Shown piece by piece: positions 13,201 to 26,530 of a stretch of DNA of 64,000 bases; the stretch's first letter is position 1, and every line of letters starts with the position of its first letter. The DNA is from Tubiluchus corallicola. Lineage: Eukaryota > Animalia > Priapulida. The position numbers and the translations under genes are program-made. The stretch is taken from NCBI GenBank assembly GCA_030141605.1, contig JAQGDQ010002379.1, positions 124,001-188,000 on the forward strand, given 5' to 3'. The notes under the pieces are model-generated. The model saw nothing but the letters and a program-made list of their open reading frames with translations, did not search any database and was not told the DNA's origin.

Positions 13201-16091
13201 ACTTCAGTTTACACGTCTTTTTGCACAGTTTCGCAACTTGGTAAGACGTCATCTCAAAACGAGTGTGGCGGGACCCGAACTATTCTCACTCATCATCAGG
13301 GATAAGCCTGTACGATGAGACAGTGACCCAGCAAAAATATTCAGTACGTACAATTGCATGCGCGTGTCTTCCTCGAGAAAAGAAATGACTGAATATCGGC
13401 TGTCACCTCTCCATTAACTAACCAGATCTGGCGTTACTTAACCTTGCAGCTAAGCACGCACTGCCGGCCCTGTCTTATTTTCGGAAACATTACAACTTAA
13501 AATTCAGATGTAGTGTTTGTAGTTCTATTTCTAATGAAAGTGTGGTAACGGTGTTTTAGTAAATACAGGTGCGTCTCAAATAATTGTCAAAAATATAAAT
13601 ACCTTGGCCTTTGCGCCTGTCATCACAACCGCAGTTTTCAAATTCTCCAGAACTACAGTTTCGGGTCAACGTGTACATAACTCCAGCTGAACTGATGGCA
13701 TGAACAAATGAGGTTTCCCGTGTTGCTGAAAACATTGTTACTGTTTTAGCCGAATAGTCCTTTTTAAAATTATCTAGTGTAAATGTAACGTGATCAAATG
13801 AGATGTAATACGGCAATTTCATATATAATAGCATCGACGACGATAACGATATGTGATGGTGGAGCTGCTGCTGCTGACGATGTTGATGATGGTGATGGTA
13901 GTGAAGAAAACGAAGGTGACATAATGATGATGATGATTATCCTATGTTGAAAATTGGTGTTTCATATTTGCAAGAGATTAAAAATACTGAAAATGCTGAA
14001 TGCTTATCTACAAAACACTTAATCAGGCCCTATGATGTAGTAATGTAATGTAATATAATGTAATGTAATGTAATGTAATGTAATGCAATGCAATGCAATG
14101 CAATGCAATGCAATACAATACAACACAATGCAATACAACACAATACAATACAATACAATATAATATAACATAATATAACATAATATAACATAACATAGCA
14201 TAACATAGCATAACATAACATAACATAACACAACACAACATAATATAATATAGTATAATATAATATTTTTACCTGCAGGAACACTGTGAGAATAAAGGGG
14301 TAATGACGATCGAGGACAGTTCCATCTCTCCCAGGCAAACTGATGCTGGCACTCTTCCATCCCAATTTGTGCTCCTGCTGCCACACTCGCAGAAAACGTC
14401 AAATACGCCTGAAAACAAACGGACGAATGAAAACGAAAGAATGAGTGAACGAATGTATTATTGATTCTATGGACGAATGAACGAGTGACTGACTGACTGA
14501 CTGAATGAATGAATGAACGAATGAACGAACGAACGAACGAATGAATGAATGAACGAACGAACGAATGAATGAATGATTGACTGACTGAATGAATGAATGA
14601 ATGAATGAATGAATGAATGAATGAATGAATGAATGAATGAATGAATGAATGAATGGAGTCGCCAAAAGAAAGAAAAAAGGAAAAGGAAAATAAAACCAAT
14701 CAATCAGCTAGTAATCAGTCAATCAATTCATAGAAACATCGTTCAGCCTATAAAGCAGTACATTATTAGTCACACAAGCCACAACCAACATTACAAGCTG
14801 CTACACAACGAGAAAGTCTTTTACTAACGTGAAATGATTGTGGCGGGAATGAAATCTCTTCAATATCAAAGATATTTTTTTAAATGAGACACTGAATCAA
14901 CAGGGGTGCCTTGGCCTTAATTGTGCATCCCCCTCAAAAGAAAAGAGCTACTGTAGCATGTGACAGTATACGGGAAATTAAAGTAATAAGAAGCAGATTT
15001 CCTGCCTGTTACTCATCAGGCTCGACGATGCTTAACTTCATAACTAGTCCTGCACCTTGACCATTTAGTTATTTTCTCGGTATAATAGAACAAGTCAAAA
15101 ATGAACACCAACGTTTTTCGTACAATTCCTCTGTGAAATCATATCTAACGCTTCGGTAGCTACGTCATTAATTAACTCATTCGAGGGTTAATAAGCCAAA
15201 TTTGCCAGTCGGCTAAAACTCAATAGAGTTGCGGAAATTTTTGTTTGCTATTTGCACCTCGTCGTGTGGCAGGCGCCAATTACCTTATTGTTACACCATA
15301 CTCGAACACGATTCGAAGTTATTAGCCTAATTCAGCTCCCCTGAAGTTACCGACAAGCGTGTCCAGACTTTGGCTGGTCGGATTTAGAGGCAGTGGTCAA
15401 TAACTAGTATGGACCTAACAGGAGAAGCAAGCATTGCTACTTGTTGAGCAATGTATTTCCGACTTCCGGTGAAGGGGTTAATAACATTTTTTGAAATAAA
15501 TACTCCAACAAAGCTTGTAATCACACAGGAATAGATATTAATCTAAATTAAGTACAGCTTGGAATGTTGCTGTAAGAAAACTTTGGAATTTACTGTTTAG
15601 ATCACACAAATACTGTCTTCCTTTTATATGTGATATCGTTCCGCCAGTTAAACAGTTACAGAAACCGTTTGTTAAATTTACCATAGTTGTTTAAATAGTG
15701 AAAATCGCATAGCCAATTTTTTTACACACAATTCTCGATTTCATGGCTCTTGTAATGGGTTATAATTTGTTATCTATTTGTAACGAGTACAAAACTTTTT
15801 ACACAAATGAAAATTTTCTTTCTAAAGTTTTTTCCTGTACATGAGATGTAAAAAGTAATGTTAGCAAAGAACAAATACGGACTGTAAATTTCATTACCGA
15901 AGTTACTTGGGCTCTAGAACGTAATTGTTTTAATTTTCTGACAGGAATGAGTTGTACGCCATACTAGCATATCTTACTCTCACTTAACGGTATATATTCA
16001 CATTGCTTACTATTCTTGTTGACTAATGTTATTTTGCTTGTTAATCTGTTTGTTTATTTTATGTGATTGTTCCACGAGTACGAATGAAATG

Positions 16092-16164
<73 letters not shown>

Positions 16165-16205
16165 TGTGTGTGTGTATATATGTGTATATATATATATATA
16201 TATAT

Positions 16206-16243
<38 letters not shown>

Positions 16244-19200
16244 CTGTTATCTAACACATAAGATTAACGTGAGAAAGAAAGCACGTATAAGAAAGATTTA
16301 GTTTATTTAAGCTTGCTGTTTAAAAAATTAATAAAATCTTCATTAATGTTTGTTAGATTAGGTATGGCTGCACTTGATTTACCCTGCATGCTTATCAGGC
16401 TGTGCTTCACAAATAAATGTGACCAATTACAGAGCATACAGAATATTATGCCGCAGGAATATTGAGCTTCGCTTTTTATTTTATATCTATTTACTCAACT
16501 TTAAAATCTGACTACAAAACGTCCATAGAAATGTTTTTGTTACCTCTTTTACCTCTAAAATGCTCGTCGTTTGCAGTATCGGAAAACAAAAGTTCTGAAT
16601 TCCTTGTTTTCTGTTTTATTTTCCCCTTTTTGGTGATAATTTTTAGTAATTCATTCCACAGCCTTTTCTAAGAATGTTGATTTATTCTTAATCCGAATAG
16701 TATATCAAACTATCTAAAGAAACGCTAAGTACAAAATAAAGAAAATTACTTTTTTTACACAAAATGTACCATTATTTGTAGTACTCACAACTGAACGTCT
16801 GCCTCTGTAAATACAAATTGCAGAAATTAACTAAAATCATTTTTGTATATTAATCGTTTCTTTAAATTTTTAATCATTTCAAAAGTGCACGAATTTCAGC
16901 TAAGCACTGATCTTTGATAACACATCGTACAGAAAAGTTTTGGCAAATGACAGATGGCACCCTATGAAAAAACGAAAAACCAATATGTATATAAAACTAG
17001 CAAGCAAGCGTAATGAAAGGTCTAATCATTTCATCTTTCAGTTATGCTCCAGAGATTGCTCAAAAGCCGTCCAATGAATTTGGATAAAACGCACTCTGAC
17101 GAAGAGAATAGTTTCAAGTTTAACAACAAACAGCAAATAAACCACTACTGCAAATTCGTGTTCAAGAACAGATCATATTTTTACTTAGGAGACAATCAGA
17201 ACAAGAAATAGCAATGGGGCCAAGAAATAACAAACAAAAACAAGAGCACGTTGAACAAGATCGCACAGGACTTAAAATCCCAATATCCTGGTCAATGTAC
17301 TAAAGCTAGACTATGGACGGATGGCTGTATCATGTCCAAACAACAAACCATGAATACATACCGACGTTTAGAGATTATAGTGCATCCGTATTGTCAAGGT
17401 ATAATAGGTGATTAACAAGACAATACTTTCCTATCATTACATATTACACGCACCCAATGTGTTATGTTAAACATGATAATCTACCGCGAGATAATCCAGA
17501 GCCTTGAGATTAGCTTAATAAAGGCATAATGCAGAGCAGACAGGTTATGCGGAGTCCATTCAGAATGGGATGGCTTACTGGTTTAAATGGAGTGTTTTCA
17601 TCTTACTTGTGATCCAGTTTATACGGTTGCAATAGGGCACAAAAAGGAACAAATTTTCCCACGAGAATATTTTTGCAAGGAAGTCTTTCGGGAAAAATTG
17701 GCGGTGACTTTCAGCCCGTCTTAAAAATTAGTGCATCACCAAATCATATATTAATAAATATAATAATTAAAAAAGGTATGCCTATGTAAAATTAACTGGG
17801 TCAAATATAGTATAATTCTCATACTTTAAAAGAAGACAGAATGATTTTTCATATTCAAGTACGGTAAAAGTATACATTTTAACACAAATAATACTGCAAC
17901 AGCGTTTCTGATAATTATATAATACATTAAAATCTTAATTAACAACGGGCGAGCCCAACTGTTGATTACATAAAAAACTAACGTAATTTTCAACAGCAAA
18001 TACATTCCACATGAATGGAGTGTTTTCATCTTACTTGTGATCCAGTTTATACGGTTGCAATAGGGCACAAAAAGGAACAAATTTTCCCACGAGAATATTT
18101 TTGCAAGGAAGTCTTTCGGGAAAAATTGGCGGTGACTTTCAGCCCGTCTTAAAAATTAGTGCATCACCAAATCATATATTAATAAATATAATAATTAAAA
18201 AAGGTATGCCTATGTAAAATTAACTGGGTCAAATATAGTATAATTCTCATACTTTAAAAGAAGACAGAATGATTTTTCATATTCAAGTACGGTAAAAGTA
18301 TACATTTTAACACAAATAATACTGCAACAGCGTTTCTGATAATTATATAATACATTAAAATCTTAATTAACAACGGGCGAGCCCAACTGTTGATTACATA
18401 AAAAACTAACGTAATTTTCAACAGCAAATACATTCCACATGTTGTACGTGTTTGTAAAAGGGAAAATTGAAGTACGGTACTTCTGTATGAGATTCAGTGT
18501 GTTGTATTAAAACTCGGCAAGTTTTAAGATAAAAAAAAGTTCAAATTTCAAGTTTACCGCTGCACTCATGCATGAGCTATCGAACGTGTGTAGTTCGTCA
18601 CAAACTAACACATCTGAACTGAGAAGTACAGGCGCTATTGCCCGTATAACTAGCGTATAGTGAAATGCATGTAACAGCGAAGAACTAGTGTCAAGAACGT
18701 GAAATTGTGTTTGTGTGGTAATAATTCTTTCACGTAAGTCATTTTTGAAAAAAAGTACGTTTCCTTTCAACATTTTAAAGACTGTATTGTTTTGACTTAA
18801 AGTTTAAGATTGGATACGGTTTTGCTTTAAATTCTCTTTCATTTTTATGATTAATACGAAAAATTTTTGAACACTAATAATGCTTAACATTTTATTTTAC
18901 GTTAAAAATATGCCTTCAGTAGATGTGCATTGTGCAAACTTTATAACACATCATAAAGGGGAACAAACGAACAAAACAAAAATCGCTAGTCTGAACAGTG
19001 AACGCCAAATCTGCATTCAGAAGGTACAACAGGCCATACTAGCTAACCTGAGTAAAATCTTAAAAGAATTTTTCCATACATTCAACATTTTCCAATTATA
19101 ATTTAATTGACGTATATATACGCTGCAATTTTATATACAGATTTTTTATATTAATAATTCGTATAAACTTTATTTAAAAGTTTCTAACTCGCAATTGTAG

Positions 19201-21381
19201 TGGCTTTTATGTTAACTAAACTTGCATGTTTTGTATTTGTAAAAAACGCACAAATTTCTCACCTTGGGACCAGTCATCAGGAAATTGTTCACCGTCCTAA
19301 AAATAAAAACAAATAGATTATTTGTTTTAGGTGTAAATTATTTGCGCATTTCTTGTGTTAAAAATGTCGTGTTAGCTAGTATGCATGACATTGAATTGAA
19401 TAGAATTTGTTGACTAACAGAGATAAAGTATATTAACAATACATCACATACAAAGTTGTAAAGAGTTAGTCCTAATTAATAGCGGTAACGATGAGTCTAA
19501 ATGGTCAGTCACACGGATAAAAACACAGGCTTACAATGAACGAAGTGATTACAACAAAATCATGTCAGATAGTTAAAAATATAAAAAGTTTAACAAATAT
19601 AACACTCAATTAAAGAACTCAATTGAAGAACAAAATTTATAAGACTTATTTGTAGACAACTGTAGCATCAAATGATATAAGAACAGATTGAAGCTGTCAT
19701 GTGGATACTCGATTGCTGGATACTGGATCGCCTAATATTGTTACGCATATCATGATGCTATAAACGTTATTAATATATTATATCAACTGCTATAGCTAAA
19801 CTACGTTTACGTTTTTCTTATGCTTTAAAAACGAATATTCTGGGGAGGAAGTATCCAAAATCTGCGCTATAATTTAAAAAAAAATAACTCGAAGGTTTTG
19901 CGTACTGCTAGGGCAAAGTAAACGGTTTTAAAGTCGTACTTGTTGTTTGTTAAAATGCTTCTCATAACAATAAATAATAATTATAACTTAGAACGCCAAT
20001 TATAAATTAATTGCTATTAGTACGGCAGTATCTAAAGTTTGCATACGAGATGAATTTTATTTAACTGATAAAATGTACAACCAGGGAAGAAAACTTAGCC
20101 TATTTAAATGGTGAAAAAAAATTCTCAATTTCGTTAACTTTTCAGTTATTTCGATTTTATAATGGTAAAAAATTTCGAATTATTTGAGCAAATTTCAAAC
20201 CAATTCTTTGATCTGCTTTGTTTCACATGTTCTTTTATTTTAGGAAATTTAACTACGCCTTTTTGTAATTGTCATAGTGTAAAATGTGGTGATATTCATA
20301 ATCAAAATTCTACATTTATTCTAGATTTACCCACAGTTGTATTCATTAATCAAAGAGGTTACTAATGTCACTGTGTTTGTACCGACTAATGACTTTTACC
20401 GAGTAAATATAAAGTTTGGTACTTTGGTGAATTTATCTGCCAACCTTGCTTTTTAAGACTTACTAAATACATCACAATAAGTTTATGAAAATGTATGACG
20501 GCTTTGGCTTACCTGCACGCACGAATGTTAATTAGGCTGTTTATATAAATATGGCCAATTAGAGATCATACAGGACTATATTCCAAGAATATCGAGGTTT
20601 GGTTTTTATTTTATATCCGTTTACTTAACCTAATTTTGTCTATGAAACGTCAATAGAAACGTTTTCGTCATCACTTTTAGCCCTTTGACAAAATCCGCGT
20701 CATTTGCAATATTGAAAGTCTAAGTCTATATGCAATATGCAATAGTTTAAGTGACAAGAACTTTTTCTTTTTTTCTCGTTTCATTATTTTATTGATGAAA
20801 TAACTAATAGTTGGTTTCACAATTTTTTCTCCTATAGTTATTTTATTCTTAATAAAATAAATCCAAATTGTATATCAAAATTAGGTTGTAAAAATACGCG
20901 GGAGTACAAATACTCAAGTTGTAAATCGAACGTACAAAATAAAGAAAATTATTTGACTGTTTATATAATTATTTATATCAGTCAAAAGTCAACATATGCA
21001 AGCTTCGCACTGTAAACGCAAATTACAAAACCTGACTGAAATTAATTTCGTGTATTAATCTTTTCTTAAATTGTAAAAATAACATTTAATTTTAAATAAT
21101 CTAATTACTATTTTCCTACCAATAATAATAAATGTCGAAAAGCGAATATCTTTGGGATTAACGAATTAATCACCTAGAAAACTAAACATTATTACACAAT
21201 GAAGCAAATTTTTATATATGTACGAAGACAGGTGTATAAACATTTTCGCACAAACGCCCTTTTAAAATATTTAAAAAACTAGTAGAGTGACAAAAACTTA
21301 CCATGAATACGCACTCAAACTACAAAAAGATATTAAAAGCAGCGTTTCATGCAACACTTTTAAGTGTCGATATTTGCACAT
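10276..21381 (-). CDS. wnt8: Wnt8 ligand, about 335 aa; coding exons 21381-21302, 19296-19263, 14408-14273, 13725-13603, 12827/12824-12685, 12123-11853, 10499-10276
   Basis: Signal peptide followed by the Wnt8-type N-terminus [12 protein letters not shown]|[31 protein letters not shown]. Also [25 protein letters not shown], the acylation motif [10 protein letters not shown] and the C-terminal [16 protein letters not shown]. All introns are GT-AG and phases are consistent. Confidence 0.96.
11028..11810. repeat. (GTAAA)n pentanucleotide microsatellite in the last Wnt8 intron
   Basis: Direct reading. It degenerates toward 11810. Confidence 0.97.
12933..13088. repeat. (CTAAA)n microsatellite in a Wnt8 intron
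   Basis: Direct reading. Confidence 0.97.
14037..14265. repeat. Compound pentanucleotide microsatellite (TAATG/CAATG/ATACA/ATAAC)
   Basis: Direct reading. Confidence 0.92.
14425..14655. repeat. (GAAT/GAAC/GACT)n tetranucleotide microsatellite
   Basis: Direct reading. Confidence 0.92.
16091..16241. repeat. (TA)n/(TG)n microsatellite
   Basis: Direct reading. Confidence 0.92.
17586..18441. repeat. Apparently perfect 428-bp tandem duplication
   Basis: 17586-18013 matches 18014-18441. Both start AATGGAGTGTTTTCATC and end CATTCCACATG. Confidence 0.9.
18253..18830. repeat. Interspersed repeat, copy 2 (same family as 4200-4780), in Wnt8 intron 2
   Basis: Direct sequence similarity to 4200-4780. 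Confidence 0.7.
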
Positions 21382-21479
21382 CGTAATTGTTCACAGATAA
21401 TTAACTTCGTTTTTCTGTAAATATTTTTTAACAAATTGATATTATCTTCTTCTGCTAATTAATCAACTTGATATCAGTT

Positions 21480-21870
21480 GTTTCTTTCACCTGATAAGAA
21501 TCAACATGCAATTTATCACCTACTGACACCCAACTTACCTGGACCAGAAGGAGGAGTCAGATACCTTCTTAACCAATCACGTCCTGGCGGCATTGATTAG
21601 AACAAAGGCAACACCTATCAATAACAAAAATAGCTGACGCCGATTCCATAAAGGCACGCTTTCAACTCACAGGTACGGCAGGTAAGTTGTTTTTGTATTG
21701 TTCCAGCAAAGAGCATCCTTTCCCTTTTTGACCGTATGGGTCTTTTGTCGGAATCTCGGCACCTTTGATGTTTACTTTATTATATATACCTGTACTATAT
21801 GCTCACCATATTTTTGTCTCTTACGTAAAAAAATGGCCGTGTGTCATAGTCAGCTTTTGATATGATCAGA
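21480..21870 (-). promoter_or_regulatory. Putative Wnt8 proximal promoter/enhancer with a TCF/LEF site, an HMG site, a CCAAT box and CAGGT(A/G) motifs
   Basis: CCTTTGATG at 21762-21770, GAACAAAGG at 21600-21608, CCAAT near 21573, and CAGGTA/CAGGTG at about 21488, 21536, 21670, 21679 and 21787, all 100-500 bp upstream of the ATG. Function is inferred. Confidence 0.4.
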
Positions 21871-23151
21871 GCCACTGTTTATTAAATTTCTTATTGTAGT
21901 AATTATGTAGGCCTAAATGTAGCTTTGGTGGATTTTGATTTTAACTCTTATATTATACGTGATTACGTGCCTCAGTTACCCATTGTTAGTGTAGTTAAAT
22001 ATGTGGGCATTCAACTTAACACAAAATCTTGCAGAGTAAATTTGTTAAAGTTCAAATATTTGTTTTATAATCCAGGTATAGTCATTTGAATTCGATTATA
22101 AATCACTTACAAATTAATAAATTTTAAAAATTAAACTTGACTGAAAGGCAGAAAATGTGAAAAAGTCGAGATTGAGATTAGACTTATGCTTAAGCGTTAC
22201 ACCAGGCAATCCTTAGGAACGTAGCAGATTTTAAATAATTATTAATGGCTCATAAGTTAATTATTAGTATTTAATCAATTACACATTGAATTAGTCTCTT
22301 AAAGTTCACGTGTTTAGTAGTTGCTAAACTAATAGAATTAAACTAAGGCCTATCATGATCACAAGAAGCTTCATGATCTAGTGGACATAGCGTTCGATTT
22401 GTAATACAAAGGACCTCGGTTCAAATCCACGCTAAATTCTGACTAGTTCGCATTTTTCGGCCACGTGTTTTTATTTGTCAGAAACAGATTACAACTTTAA
22501 TTTCTGTTGGAAGACCGCCCAGAGTCGCCATTGGGCTTGCTTAGAGCGATTTGTAAAAAAGTCTTTGTTTCAAAAACTCAGTAATTGCCATGTTGTTTTT
22601 CCTTGGGCATATCATTTTATCAATAAAAATTTGCAAGTATCGTTCTGTATTAAATACAATTACACTATCCACTTTCTGTAATTATATGAACTATCCCTGT
22701 AATAATACAAGTGAAACCGCGTGCTCAGAATGGCACTTGATGGCAGGTGAGGAATACAAATTCAAAGAACCTCTTATCATAAAACAAAAGCTTCCCACAT
22801 CGATTAGGAAAACTTAGATACCTCACTTGCTTACTTTTTCTTTTCTCTTTCTCAATAAGAGTATACTGTTTACAGTGATCTCTACGGTGCGCATCAAAGA
22901 ATTAGCGAATCTATCACGGTATTTTCTAAGCAATCACTTTCTAAGCAATGCACCCAAGTCTAAATATGGTTAAATTTCGCAAACCGTACAAAATTAATAA
23001 TGCTGCTACAGGTAAAATGAAAAAGCCATGTTTTTAATACGTAATTCATTTTTAATTACCTTGTGCACTGTGGGTGAACAATTTAAACTAAGACATAAGT
23101 TAGTTAGCTGCACTTATGATAAGAGCGTAAACATGCAGATGTAAATTGAAA

Positions 23152-23281
23152 ACACACACACACACACACATACACACACACGCACGCGAGCACACGCACT
23201 CCCGCATACATGCACACACGGACGGACGGACGCGCACGCGCACGCGCACGCACACGCACACACACACACGCACGCACACGC

Positions 23282-23357
<76 letters not shown>
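23152..23357. repeat. (CA)n/(CG)/(TA)n microsatellite
   Basis: Direct reading. Confidence 0.92.
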
Positions 23358-23358
<1 letters not shown>

Positions 23359-23374
23359 AACCTTTATTGTAGAA

Positions 23375-23586
23375 AATATACACTAGTACAGAGTGAAACA
23401 AATTACATCATATATAAAATTAGTGTATAACCAGACAGTGACAGACTGATGAGTGCAATTGTGTCAGTCAGTTTAAGTTAAAAATCATAAGAATAAAAGC
23501 ATTAAAATACTACATTACATATCTACAAATTTGTCTATATGTAATATAATATTTTAATGTTTTTATTCTTATGATTTTTAACTTAG
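23375..23586. repeat. Interspersed repeat (second copy about 27410-27580) ending in an AT-rich hairpin at 23474-23585
   Basis: Shared ACACT.GTACAGAGT...CAGTGACAGACTGATG...TGTGTCAGTCAGT.TAAGTTAAAAATCATAAGAATAAAA. In this copy the last part is inverted on itself. Confidence 0.7.
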
Positions 23587-24835
23587 TGAAGCGTTTTAAA
23601 TAAACAAATAAATAAATAAATGACTTTTATGTTCCTGCTTTCTCATTCATGACTTTATCAAAACGTAGAAGTTCTTGCTGATTACAATACGCAGGTTTTC
23701 CTGTAATTGCTAAATTTTACCTGCATTGACAAACTTCAGCTAATTCAAGATGCACCTACAAGAGAAAAATACAAGCTAATCTGTCGCTTTGTAAATCAAG
23801 CAAAATAATAAATAAAATTTAATTGAATAATGTTGTGTCTTTCATCTCTTCTTTACAGCAGAATAACTATTAAAGTCACACTGCAATATTATTTTATGAG
23901 TAAAGATTTAGGTGTTGTTCACAGATTGCTCAAGTCTTACCTCTCCTTTATAAAATTACTAAAAAAACTGTATAGCTAAATGCTTGTCTTATCAGTATAT
24001 TAAGAATTATATTATTTAGTATTATTGTCAAAGTTAGTAGATTTGTTCTTAATCAATAAGCCTAGAAATAATGAAGTTGAACTCAAATCAAAATGTATTT
24101 AACTCCTGTTGTTGATTAATAGCATTATTAACCCAATGTGTTTTTATCATTTCATAACAATTTTGACCTGTATTTCACATAAAATCTAAATGCAATTTTT
24201 AGTTTAATCAAGACTGACCTTATTTTGTTGCCCGCTAATTAAACTACATGTATATTCTTTTCTCTGGATTATATGGAAAATGTCATAATTTTAAAAATTA
24301 CTAATGTTTCCTAAATTAAACTGATAACATTAATGCCCACCAGTGTCTAAAAAATCTTTTTATCTATATTCGGTAAAGGATTGCAGTCTAGGTGACTTTA
24401 TAGTCTTTTCGCTATCCTTTCTCTAGTTCTAGATCTATCTATACATTTTAACCATTTTTCAAAACTTATTAGAGATTCTTTTATTAATCATGTTTTACTG
24501 TAACACTATAAAGAGATAAAAAAGTTGAATTTGAATTGTGATATAGGACAGGTCTAATAGGAGCAGATGTCGTACAATGATATAATTTCAGCAAACATTC
24601 ATAAGAAAATTAGCCGAATAAATAATAGTTTGAAACCATGCTACACCAGTCAGTAATATATAAAGGATATGAAGAATATGATCCATATGCCAATATTATA
24701 ATCTGCATTTATGGCACCACTGAAGTGTCATGTTATGCAGTCGGGTCGTTGTTCTTTTGAATGAATGCCAGTTTATGGACATTTAAGCAATCGAGCTGCT
24801 GACAAACTAAAGGACAAATGTCAGCAGCTAGAACT

Positions 24836-25510
24836 ATGATAAGATAAGATAAGATAAGATGATATTTATTTTCATCGGTATGATATAAACAGTACATATT
24901 TGTAAAACATGAGCTTAAAGCTCGTAAACCGATATCAAACATAATGTATATGAGCGATAACATGGTAATAATATGTACTTCTTAAAATCTTTTGGATGCC
25001 ACCAGAGGTATTGGTACAAGAAAAATTTATAACTACATAAAAATTTTAGGCAGTAACATTTTCTAAAATTTACACAAAAAGCTATCCAGGTCAATAAAAA
25101 ATTTTCCTGCCAACATTTCAGCATTTAATTACGACTTAACAAAATTGGGAAGTTCGCTGAATTTACAAATGGCACATTTACATGATACACCAGTCCATGA
25201 CTTAATTAGACGTTTAAATTCCCCAAGATTTTCGGCCATTCGGAGACAGTTTGGTAATTCATTCCACAATGTGGCTCCATAATAGGAGAAACTTTTCTTG
25301 CCATATGTAACACCATCATATGTAGGGTGTTCTGCAGTGTTCATTTTTCTGAGGAAGTAGCGGTTTTGCTTTCGTTCCTCTCTATCAGTCCATAAAGATA
25401 GGACGGGCAGTTTTTGGACAAAATCTTGAATACTTCGATAGCAATGAGAAGTTGAAGAGACACAAAATTGTCTTTAAACAATAGATTTTCGTAGGTACTT
25501 TCAAAATCAG
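24836..25510 (-). mobile_element. CR1/L2-like LINE 3' fragment
   Basis: YGKKSFSYYGATLWNELP motif in ORF 25129-25344. AATAAA and a (TCTTA)n tail lie at about 24838-24870 on the minus strand. Confidence 0.7.
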
Positions 25511-26530
25511 GTATGCTTTAGCTCCTTTCGACTGGCCTTCTTCCTTTAGCTTAGTTGATTAGCCCCGTCTTCATCTTTTTAGAAAACACATTTATCACAG
25601 TTTCACCACCAACATCAAATGCTATACTCGAAAGCAGATCTAACTGGTAATAGCTATAGTTTTAGTTCCGCTTGATTGTGCCAAACCATATGATCAGAAT
25701 CAGCGTGCTTCCTCAAACGATACTTTCCTTCCAGCGAATTTCTCAACTCCCGTGCGCCATCTGCCGGCAGAAGTCGAAAAAATTTCGCGCATGCTGCAGG
25801 TATATTGAAGCTGCCTTGCTTTGCGAATTGCTGAAAATGAAGCTGTTTCCGTGGCAACGGCAAGGTGCGTGTTGGTGTGATCGCGTAGGGAATTACATTA
25901 TTCCCGTTTTGGTTTGGTTATTGTTGTATGATATATGACAAAAAATGCAATAATGCTGATGAGCTTTTGTCACTTTAGTGAATTAACGGCCAAAACATGA
26001 AATGCAACAATTTGCTTATAAAGGTAGGCATTGTTTTGTGTCTAAAAATTCTTTTTATTCTTAAAGTTTTATTCTTATTCTTTGTACATAGTCATGTCCT
26101 TGTAATTATTGTTATCATAAATTCGGTATTAATTGTAATTACTACCAGGGTTTGTCTCGGTGTACTCGCGTTACAAAAGTACGTATCATTTAGCTCAAGA
26201 AATAAAATTTGATTGCCTTATATAACCACTAGTACGCTTTACTATGTGTTTAAAGCATTTGGATTAAACATGAAAAGGTTAAAAGTTTGTTAGTTTCGCA
26301 TTAATAAATGCGCAAATTCACATTAACTACGAAGTAGGCTTATGAAAACCAAAAAAATACACTTGGATATGAATATGGGCTCTTTTTACAAGTCCAAGCA
26401 TTTTGGCTCGACACAAAGTCTTAAATCCATGATACGGTATCACATATATTCGCTACTTTATGAACTATAGGCCTACAGTATCATTCACTTTCCGATTGGT
26501 TTCAGAGCTACATTTGTTTTAATTAATCAT

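Noticed and set aside
13225-13330. Possible hammerhead ribozyme on the minus strand (CTGATGA...GAAAC)
   Set aside because: GAAA does not follow the candidate stem II, and I could not build stems I and III. A degenerate Penelope-like motif at about 4119-4149 also has a broken core (CCGAAGA).
14995-15045. 5S rRNA-like fragment
   Set aside because: Only a short degenerate match (CAGGCTCGACGATGCTTAACTTC), too short to call a gene.
22375-22440. tRNA gene
   Set aside because: A/B-box-like motifs are present but acceptor and anticodon stems do not pair. It is better treated as a SINE remnant, as are the sequences at about 26936-26995 and 48395-48455.
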